Virus record (IMG/VR): IMGVR_UViG_3300028381_000200
Coordinates: 1-64,000 of that record
Reading direction: 5' to 3' (one strand)
Length of the DNA: 64,000 bases
Source: a virus
Lineage: Duplodnaviria > Caudoviricetes
Positions 56,898 through 64,000 of the stretch are shown one piece after another. The notes beneath the pieces are model-generated. The model was not told the DNA's origin, ran no database searches, and was given only the letters and a program-made list of their open reading frames with translations. Positions within the stretch are counted from its first letter, which is position 1. Each line of letters opens with the position of its first letter. Both the position numbers and the translations under genes were made by a program.

Positions 56898-59800
56898 TTA
56901 GTTCCCAGTCCTAGCCAGTGGCATGCTGCCACCTCTTTGCATCCAATCGTCGGCGATCTGCTGTGAGATGACGTCGGCCAGTTCGTCCGCAGCCCACACG
57001 TTGCCCTGCACCGTCACGTAGACATTCCCGCCGCCCCCCACACCACTTAGTTGCCCGCGCCCTGGCACACCAACCACGTCGCCAGGATGTAACATGGCAA
57101 AACCTGCTGACGTGACTCGTTCCAGCGGACGATTGGCAAAACTCGGGACGCCACCTTCGGTGTCCACCTTAATGCGCACGTGTTTCTCGGTCGGAATGTT
57201 GTTGATGGCGGCTGAGAAGTCCTTCGTGTTCGCGGTAATGTTCGCAAACATGTCGCGGATATCTTCGAGCACATCCAACAGTTGCTTGTTAATGTCTTCC
57301 ATTTGCGGGCCGACGATACCTTGCTCCTCCGCCTGCTTGAGTAGATTATTCGTGGCTTCATCCGTGAAGTCGCCAAACTTCTGTTGTTCTTCCCACAGCC
57401 TTTGCAACGATGGTTGCATGGTCGTCATCGCCGTCTTCACGCTCACACCACGCTGGACGAGCGTGTTAAATTGATTGCTCGTGTCTTCACCAAAGGCGTT
57501 GAACATTTCCGCCGTTTCGAGGCCAGCCGTCTCCAGGTGTTTCATCATCTGCACGTTCGCCGAGGCCGCGTTGTAAATGTCCTCGTTGGCCACCACCGCG
57601 TCCTTCACGTCAGCGAGTTGGTCAATGGCGGCTTTTGCGGCTCCACCGAACTGGTCTTCCTGCTCCTTCAGCACGTCAATCGAACCGCCGAGCGCCTTGA
57701 TGGCTCCGATGACGTCGCCGTTCTTTTCGACGAGCATGCCAAACGTAGCGAGGGTGCCCTGCGCGGCAATGTTGTAGGATTCTTGGGTTGAAATTCCAGC
57801 GGCCACGCGCGCGTTGACGTCGTCCGCCAGGTGCGACTGGGCGTCTGCCACAGCGGCGGCTTTGGCAGCGGCGGCATCCATGACGTCAGTGATATTCTTG
57901 ATGGCCTTCTCGGTCGCCTCTGCGCCTTCTTTCTCGGCGGCGAACATCGCCAGAATGTCAGCTTCGGCCTTCTTCCCGGAGAGCCCCATGTCCGCATAGG
58001 CTTTGGAAATTTCCCCGAGCATGTTGTCGAAGCCGCCGAATTTCTTTTCGAAGTCGGCTTCTGTTTTGCGTCCGGCCAATTCCTCTTTACTGGCTTTACC
58101 AATACCCATCAGCGCCTGGACGCCGAGTCCAATCAGTGGACCGATGATGGGCACGACCTTGCCGATAATGTTGCCTACCGTCTTACCCATGGCGTTGCTG
58201 ACGGTGTCGGTAATCGCCTCGCCGAACTTACTGCTAATCGAATCCCCAATCGCGGTGCCGACGCTGATGCCAATCGCTTTCCCCGCGCCCGAGAGCCCGC
58301 CACCACCCGTGAAGGCATTCTTCAGCAGGGACGGGATTTCCTTGATCACGCTCGTGAAGTTGGCCTCCATTTCTTCGCCGAAGGTCTTCGCGGATCGCGC
58401 GGCCTCGTTAATCGCCACGTGCGCGTCCTCGACACCTTTGACCAATTCGCCGATGACTGGCACCACCGTGCCGCCGATAATTGCGCCCGTCTCCGTCTCG
58501 ACGACGTTGAAGTAGAGGTTCTCCGAGGCCAGGTTCTTTAAGGCTTCCCGCGCGTCATCGAAGGGGGTCGTGAGTCCTTCGGCGTTCCAGTGGAGGTCTT
58601 CAATCGCCACCGAGAGCTGGGGCAGGTTGTTCGATATCGGCTGGAGGGTCGTAAAGACGTTGCGATTCGCCGCTGCCCACTTGGCCAGCGCGTCGTTCAT
58701 CGGCAGAATGTGCTGCTTGACCAGCTTGTTGATTTCGTCTCTGACTTTGATGATTTCGTCGGTGCTGAGGTCTTGCGACTGGATGACGATTCGCAGGGCT
58801 TCAATCGTGTCCTTGGATTTCTTGTTCTGTTGGTCGTAGCTGGCGACGAGCCCGTCAATCGCCGATTTGTGCTGCTTGGCTGCGTCCGAGGCTTTCTTAT
58901 CGTTGGCGATAATTTCGGTGACTTGGGAGGTCGTCAGGTCCAGGGCCTTGGCAATTTTCTCGACCGAGATGCCCAGCTCGTCATAGTGGACGACCTGACC
59001 CTTGACCGATTTGTCGACGTCTTTGGCGGTCTTTCCGAAGTCGGCTTCGGCCGCGACAATGTCATCCCACACGTCGGCGAAGGCTTGGGCGGAATCTTTG
59101 GCCGCGTCCAGGGCGGATTTGAGCTGGTTGACCTGGGCTTTGGTGAGCCCCGTCTGCTTCGCTACAGTCTCCTCGCTGTAGCGCATGTTCAGCATCTTCT
59201 CGGCGGCTTCTTTTACCGCGTCGCCGAGGTCGGTGTGGTGTTTCTTGGCGTCGGCCAGAATGCGGTTATACGATTCCTGGACGGCTCCGGCGGTTTCGGC
59301 TTCGAGCTTGGCGTTGTTGACCGATTGCCGCCACTTGCTGAAGGCAATGGTCAGCTCCCCGAGCACCGTGAGCGCAATTCCAAACGGGCCGAACATCGTG
59401 GAAATGGCCAGGGCCAGAACGGGGGCGGTATTGACGACGGCTTGGACGAAGCGGTTGAAGGTTTGGATGGCCAGCGTCGTCGCCGGAATCAACTCTTTCC
59501 CGATGGTCGTAGCCAGGTTGGCGAACATGACCTTGGTCGTGGCCATGGATTGCTGAAGCTCTTCGCCTGCGGCCAGGTCTTCCTCGGTCCAGACCACCGC
59601 GAGGTCTTTGCCCTTCTGCATCAAGTCGTCGAAATCTTTGGTCAGGAACTTCAGGTTCTGCGCACCCGACCGGCCCATCAGGGCAATCGCGTCGGACATG
59701 AGGGTGGTCGACCCGGCGGCATCGTGCATGCCGCGACTCATCATGGCGATTCGTTCGGTGGGGTCGGCCGCGCGGAAGTCGTTGACGTTGATATTGAGGT

Positions 59801-60446
59801 CGCGCAGGGCTGCGTCGAATTTGTCCGCCGCTGGCCCGGTGGCGTCCATTCGGCGCGTCAGCTGTTGCAGAATGCTCTGCATTTCGCCGAGACTGGACCC
59901 GCCGATTTCCGCCGCCGCTTTGATCGCGCCAATCTTCTCCACCGCCATGCCGGTCATGTGGGAGAAGGTCTCGATTTCTTCGCCTGCCTCAGCCGCGTCT
60001 ATGGCGAGCTTCCCGAGTGCCCCGCCTGCCGCCGAGATACCGCCGCCAATGACGCTGAGCCCCACGCCCATGGGTCCCATGAGGTCCAGGACGCCCTTGA
60101 GCGCTTCACGACCGAACTGGGCAGGGTTGGCTATCCCCGAGACGATATCCGCGCCCACCTTCTCGCCGAAGGTCTTGACGGTGAGTCCCAGGTCGGCCAC
60201 CGCGTTGTGAGTTTTGGCGGTGACGTCGTCCCACGCCGTGCGCCAGTTCAGCCCGGTAGTTTCCCCTGCCTTCTTGACGGCTTCGGGCACCTGCTCGAAG
60301 GGCAGCGAGAGCTGACCGCCTTTGTCCTGGGTTTCGGTGTAGAGGGTTTGCAGTGCATCTGAAAATTCATTCAGAGACTCCACGCCCCCACTCGAATCAC
60401 CGATGATTTGGAGTAATAGTGATTGTGTGAGATTGGTGGAAGCCAT
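56898..60446 (-). CDS. tape measure protein
   Basis: 1182-aa Ala/Gly-rich helical protein after tail chaperone. Confidence 0.9.
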   Translation of the reverse strand: MASTNLTQSLLLQIIGDSSGGVESLNEFSDALQTLYTETQDKGGQLSLPFEQVPEAVKKAGETTGLNWRTAWDDVTAKTHNAVADLGLTVKTFGEKVGADIVSGIANPAQFGREALKGVLDLMGPMGVGLSVIGGGISAAGGALGKLAIDAAEAGEEIETFSHMTGMAVEKIGAIKAAAEIGGSSLGEMQSILQQLTRRMDATGPAADKFDAALRDLNINVNDFRAADPTERIAMMSRGMHDAAGSTTLMSDAIALMGRSGAQNLKFLTKDFDDLMQKGKDLAVVWTEEDLAAGEELQQSMATTKVMFANLATTIGKELIPATTLAIQTFNRFVQAVVNTAPVLALAISTMFGPFGIALTVLGELTIAFSKWRQSVNNAKLEAETAGAVQESYNRILADAKKHHTDLGDAVKEAAEKMLNMRYSEETVAKQTGLTKAQVNQLKSALDAAKDSAQAFADVWDDIVAAEADFGKTAKDVDKSVKGQVVHYDELGISVEKIAKALDLTTSQVTEIIANDKKASDAAKQHKSAIDGLVASYDQQNKKSKDTIEALRIVIQSQDLSTDEIIKVRDEINKLVKQHILPMNDALAKWAAANRNVFTTLQPISNNLPQLSVAIEDLHWNAEGLTTPFDDAREALKNLASENLYFNVVETETGAIIGGTVVPVIGELVKGVEDAHVAINEAARSAKTFGEEMEANFTSVIKEIPSLLKNAFTGGGGLSGAGKAIGISVGTAIGDSISSKFGEAITDTVSNAMGKTVGNIIGKVVPIIGPLIGLGVQALMGIGKASKEELAGRKTEADFEKKFGGFDNMLGEISKAYADMGLSGKKAEADILAMFAAEKEGAEATEKAIKNITDVMDAAAAKAAAVADAQSHLADDVNARVAAGISTQESYNIAAQGTLATFGMLVEKNGDVIGAIKALGGSIDVLKEQEDQFGGAAKAAIDQLADVKDAVVANEDIYNAASANVQMMKHLETAGLETAEMFNAFGEDTSNQFNTLVQRGVSVKTAMTTMQPSLQRLWEEQQKFGDFTDEATNNLLKQAEEQGIVGPQMEDINKQLLDVLEDIRDMFANITANTKDFSAAINNIPTEKHVRIKVDTEGGVPSFANRPLERVTSAGFAMLHPGDVVGVPGRGQLSGVGGGGNVYVTVQGNVWAADELADVISQQIADDWMQRGGSMPLARTGN

Positions 60447-60466
60447 CTACGACCTGGAAATGTGAG

Positions 60467-60679
60467 TTAGCCCATGGCCAGGAGTAAGAGGCCGAGCATG
60501 GGATTTGACTCGGCGACGGCCTGGGCGCGCGTCTGCTCTTCGAAGTGGTGCACGGTGGCCATGGCGAGGTCGAAGTCGAAGGCGATTTCTGGGTCGACGA
60601 TGTGACAGACTTCAGACGGCCGCTGGCGATACCTCCGGCACATCCGATCTACTTCCCTCGCCAGGTCGCTCTTCAGGAA
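60467..60679 (-). CDS. frameshift extension of tail assembly chaperone (GT-like)
   Basis: Open +1 frame FLKSDLAREVDRMCRRYRQRPSEV...LAMG from CCTTTCC site. Confidence 0.6.
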   Translation of the reverse strand, partial: FLKSDLAREVDRMCRRYRQRPSEVCHIVDPEIAFDFDLAMATVHHFEEQTRAQAVAESNPMLGLLLLAMG

Positions 60680-61100
60680 AGGTCTCAGCCGCTGCGGCCA
60701 CCTCTGGGGCCGCTGACCGCATCGTCACGGTCACGAGAATATTCTTGCGGGTGGCGAGGGTCAGGTCGCTCACATGCAAGCAGTTCTCGTTGGCGTCAAT
60801 GGGCACGTCGTCGGGGACGACACGGGGTTCGACCATGGCTTCACAGACGAAGATGTTGACGAAGGACAGCAGTTCGAGACTGGACTGAAGCACTTCTTCC
60901 GTCAGCGCCTCGGTGCCTTTGCCCGCCCACTGCCCCACCATTTTCATGACGCCGTTGAAGAGTGGGGTTGGGATGAGCCCACGCAACAACATGAGCTGCA
61001 TATCGGGCCGTCGTGCGCGGACTTCAATCCCATCCCCGAGGTCAATCGTAAATTCCGGTTGCTCGCGCGCTTTGAGCGCTTTGGCAGTAATCAACGCCAC
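60612..61100 (-). CDS. tail assembly chaperone
   Basis: Between major tail and tape measure. Confidence 0.75.
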   Translation of the reverse strand: MALITAKALKAREQPEFTIDLGDGIEVRARRPDMQLMLLRGLIPTPLFNGVMKMVGQWAGKGTEALTEEVLQSSLELLSFVNIFVCEAMVEPRVVPDDVPIDANENCLHVSDLTLATRKNILVTVTMRSAAPEVAAAAETFPEERPGEGSRSDVPEVSPAAV

Positions 61101-61122
61101 ATTCTCACCTCGCTCAGGTCAG

Positions 61123-61725
61123 TTAGATTTCGTTCTTGGCCTGGAATACTTGGTCGCCGACGGTGCGTGACGTGTCGGCCAACGCCTTCATCGTCACCTG
61201 GTAGGTCGTGGGCTTTGTCTTCTCGAACGGCAGCTTGATGCCGTCCATGCTGTAGGCTTTGTAGATGCACACCCACGAGAACTTCGCGGTGTTGTCCCGG
61301 TGAATGCTGCTCATGAAGACCAGCTTGAATGACGGAGCCAGAATGCTGGTGCCGTTGCCGCCGTAGTAGAGGTCCCCGGTGGCGTCCGACTGGGAGCCGA
61401 CGTTGTCGAAGGCCGTCTTGAGCACAATAAACGTGCGCTCATACGCCGTGAAGACAATCTGGGCCATCTCTTCCGTCGTGAAGACGTCGACCCCGATCAG
61501 CGACTGTTCGGGCATCAGCTCTTCCTTCGTCGCTTTGTAGTCGAAGGTGGACGGCCCGGTGGTGAAGCCGACTTCGGTGAAGCCGGTCTGGAGACCAGAC
61601 GGCACTCCCGCCGTGTGTTGGAACAGCACCGGAGGTGCCCCGCTTACCGGTGCCACGGCCGTGCCGAACGCGCCGACGAACACGCGCGCTGGCCCGGCAA
61701 GAATGTTGGACGCGACCTGTGCCAT
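61123..61725 (-). CDS. major tail protein
   Basis: NILAGPARVF, EVGFTTG; position. Confidence 0.75.
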   Translation of the reverse strand: MAQVASNILAGPARVFVGAFGTAVAPVSGAPPVLFQHTAGVPSGLQTGFTEVGFTTGPSTFDYKATKEELMPEQSLIGVDVFTTEEMAQIVFTAYERTFIVLKTAFDNVGSQSDATGDLYYGGNGTSILAPSFKLVFMSSIHRDNTAKFSWVCIYKAYSMDGIKLPFEKTKPTTYQVTMKALADTSRTVGDQVFQAKNEI

Positions 61726-61768
61726 GATGCGTTACTCCTGTAATCCAGTGTTTGGGCGCTCAGGTCAG

Positions 61769-62023
61769 TTACTTGATCGGGTCGACGGTGTTGTCGGAGT
61801 AAGAATCCGCCTTCGGGGTCTGCGGTTCTTCCACTGCGTCGTCCCCACCGACGACTTCCACGAGCGCCTTCACGGCAGGCTCGTCGGCAATCGCAGGTTC
61901 CAGTTCGACGGTGGTGCCGCTCGCGTAAATTACGCCGTGGCGCGCGAGCACCTGGCCTTCGCGCACGCGCACGGTGATCGTCTTCGCCGCCGCTGGCGCT
62001 GCTTTGGGTTGCGTTTTTGCCAT
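61769..62023 (-). CDS. small virion-associated protein
   Basis: GGAGA RBS; structural operon. Confidence 0.6.
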   Translation of the reverse strand: MAKTQPKAAPAAAKTITVRVREGQVLARHGVIYASGTTVELEPAIADEPAVKALVEVVGGDDAVEEPQTPKADSYSDNTVDPIK

Positions 62024-62051
62024 CTGAAAATCTCCTCCGAACGAAAACGTG

Positions 62052-62459
62052 TTACGACCGGGCCGAGACGCTGAAGACGCCGACGTTGACGTTGGCTCCC
62101 GTGGTCAGGGTGCCGCCGTTGCTGCTGCTGTAGGTCACGTTGCAGAACCCGTTGGCGTCGTTGAACAGGCTCGGCGGAAACGGGCCGACCGCCGTCAGGC
62201 CGAAGCTGCTGCTCGGAATCATGAGCGACAGGTTGTGGATACTCGCCAAGCCGCCGAAGTTGTCCACGACCTGGGCCACGACCGTCACGAGAGTGTTCAC
62301 GGCCACGCCGGTCTGGCTGGTCGATGCCTGAATCACGAGAATTTCACGGCCCGTGTTCTGCCACTTGTCGCCCGTGCTCGACGACGGGGCGGTGGTCGAC
62401 GTGAAGCCTGCCACTGAGGCTGGAGCCATCGTGATTGGGGTTACGGTCAGGGTTGCCAT
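62052..62459 (-). CDS. putative virion protein
   Basis: GDKWQNTGRE...GPFPPSLFND..G. Confidence 0.7.
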   Translation of the reverse strand: MATLTVTPITMAPASVAGFTSTTAPSSSTGDKWQNTGREILVIQASTSQTGVAVNTLVTVVAQVVDNFGGLASIHNLSLMIPSSSFGLTAVGPFPPSLFNDANGFCNVTYSSSNGGTLTTGANVNVGVFSVSARS

Positions 62460-62472
62460 GTCTACTCCTCTG

Positions 62473-63240
62473 TTAAGAAACTGCGGAAATCGTGCGCTCC
62501 ACGCGGCTGCGCACTTTGAACGCGTCGCCACTCGTGCCGCCGGAGATTTGGATACTGGTCACTTGCCCGTAGCTATCCCCTTGCACGCCCATCACGCCAA
62601 TGTTCACCGTGGTGCCCACTGAGCTGTTCGCCGAAATCGTGATTTGCTTAATCGTCGGCGACGTCGCGTCGAATTGCAGCCCGTTGATCGTCGCGGTAAT
62701 CGGAATCGTGCCAATCGTGGCGGTCACCACGGCTTGCAACCAGGCCCGCCCATACTGCGTCGTGTCAATGTCCGCCACGTGCGCGTAGGTGCCCGACCCG
62801 CTGCCCGTCACCGTGTAGGTCGCCATCGGGTCGACCGCCGGAGACATGACTTGTTCCGGAGCCAGGGGAAACCCCATTTGCTGCACGTGCGTGCTCGCCC
62901 GGATATTGTTCACTTGCATGTAAGTGTCGAGATTGATGACGCCGACCTGACTCGAATTAGCGACGTGTTTATCGAGCGCCCACCAGATATCTGCCGCCCC
63001 CAGCGCCGCATAGAGGCCCGAGGCCAACAACGTGTCGTCGCGCATTTTGAACGACGGCATCAGGTCGGAGAGCACTTCGGCATCCGCAATCGCCGCCAAG
63101 GTCACGGTGTCATTCAACGCCGCTTTCGACACGGTGTTCGATTCGGTGCCCAGCACGCCAACCGCGTTGTCGAAAATCAACTTCCCCGACGCCAGGCTGT
63201 CGAGAATCGTGATTAGCGTGTTGGTTGGTATCGTCCCCAC
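62473..63240 (-). CDS. putative virion protein
   Basis: Thr/Gly-rich ORF in structural operon. Confidence 0.65.
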   Translation of the reverse strand: MGTIPTNTLITILDSLASGKLIFDNAVGVLGTESNTVSKAALNDTVTLAAIADAEVLSDLMPSFKMRDDTLLASGLYAALGAADIWWALDKHVANSSQVGVINLDTYMQVNNIRASTHVQQMGFPLAPEQVMSPAVDPMATYTVTGSGSGTYAHVADIDTTQYGRAWLQAVVTATIGTIPITATINGLQFDATSPTIKQITISANSSVGTTVNIGVMGVQGDSYGQVTSIQISGGTSGDAFKVRSRVERTISAVS

Positions 63241-63241
63241 G

Positions 63242-63718
63242 CTAGTCTCTCCAGGTCTGCACGGTGACCATCACCAGCGACGACTTCAAATACGGGTGTT
63301 CCACCGCTGGGACTAACGGCGAATAGTCCACTTCCTTCACCAGAATGGGTCCCGAGTGCACGCGCGGCAGAATCGCGCCCCAGAGCAAATCCACCGTGGT
63401 CCGGGTCAGCACCTCGATTAACCGTGTAACCGTGTGCTCGTCTTTGGCGACCGCCGTCCACCGCACACCGACGTCGTGCTGGGTGTATTTCACAATGTCC
63501 TGCTCGACAAACGTGCTGTGATACCCAATCAGTTCCGCCATCGGGAACACCAGGTGGGACAACCGCTCCTCCTGGTAGATTGCCGCTGGCAGTAACGGTA
63601 GAAACCCGTCCTGCTGCTTGTTCACCACGCGGGTCATCTGTTGTCGAAACGCCGGACTGCGCAGCAACCCCGAGAGGTCCCGCTTGACGTCGTCCATGTC
63701 GCCGAGAATCACTGGCAT
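63242..63718 (-). CDS. tail terminator/completion-like protein
   Basis: Size and position. Confidence 0.55.
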   Translation of the reverse strand: MPVILGDMDDVKRDLSGLLRSPAFRQQMTRVVNKQQDGFLPLLPAAIYQEERLSHLVFPMAELIGYHSTFVEQDIVKYTQHDVGVRWTAVAKDEHTVTRLIEVLTRTTVDLLWGAILPRVHSGPILVKEVDYSPLVPAVEHPYLKSSLVMVTVQTWRD

Positions 63719-63724
63719 AGCACG

Positions 63725-64000
63725 TCACAGCTGCCCGCGAATGAACTTCACCGCGTATTCCTGAAGCATCCGCCCCATCAACATGGAAAATTCGTTGTTG
63801 ATTCGCAGCGGGGGTCGCGCAGGCGTTCCGAAGCCCGCGCCGTAGCGATAACCGCGATACTCTTTCAGCCCGCTGGCCGCACCAGACCGCGCCGTGCCCA
63901 ACTGCTGATACATGGCATACGGCACCGCCGTGCCGACTTCCAGGCTGTCCTTCTTCGATTCCCAGATCGCATTCGTGTCATCAGGGAACGTCAACGACTC
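63725..64000 (-). CDS. virion morphogenesis family protein (5' end outside window)
   Basis: VGTAVPYAMYQQLGT...PARP. Confidence 0.7.
   Translation of the reverse strand, partial: ESLTFPDDTNAIWESKKDSLEVGTAVPYAMYQQLGTARSGAASGLKEYRGYRYGAGFGTPARPPLRINNEFSMLMGRMLQEYAVKFIRGQL

Noticed and set aside
58590-60362. Long plus-strand ORFs (also 23588-24892, 25325-26524, 35119-36558)
   Set aside because: Antisense shadows of real genes in GC-rich DNA

Overview
GC-rich tailed-phage (siphovirus-like) genome segment, almost all on the minus strand. From high to low coordinates it holds head-tail/tail genes (major tail protein, frameshifting tail chaperone, tape measure, LamG tail protein), lysis genes, a short plus-strand island, many small early genes, a recombination/replication block (DUF932, annealing protein, AAA ATPase, PD-(D/E)XK nuclease, DnaB), a DNA methyltransferase and a nonulosonic-acid-type sugar pathway. 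The main result is a candidate RNA-guided system. A Cas7/RAMP-like gene (33553-34275) and a partner gene (32579-33124) sit inside three non-coding arrays of 5-nt units (RNA sense GGY/AGY + variable NN) punctuated by AGCAGGC, and four single-unit satellites lie elsewhere. Reading only the NN dinucleotides as codon positions 1-2 (every third target base skipped) gives imperfect in-frame matches to the gene next to each satellite, to DUF932 and to the RAMP gene itself. Other units decode to motifs of genes not in the window (Walker A, serine recombinase, JAB). Also present: a DUF7873-like gene followed by tRNA-Arg(UCU), hexamer repeats and a circularly permuted tRNA-like RNA, plus a repeated ACTAATAATT operator inside sigma70 promoters. 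All decoding was by hand; family names come from motif recognition, not database searches.
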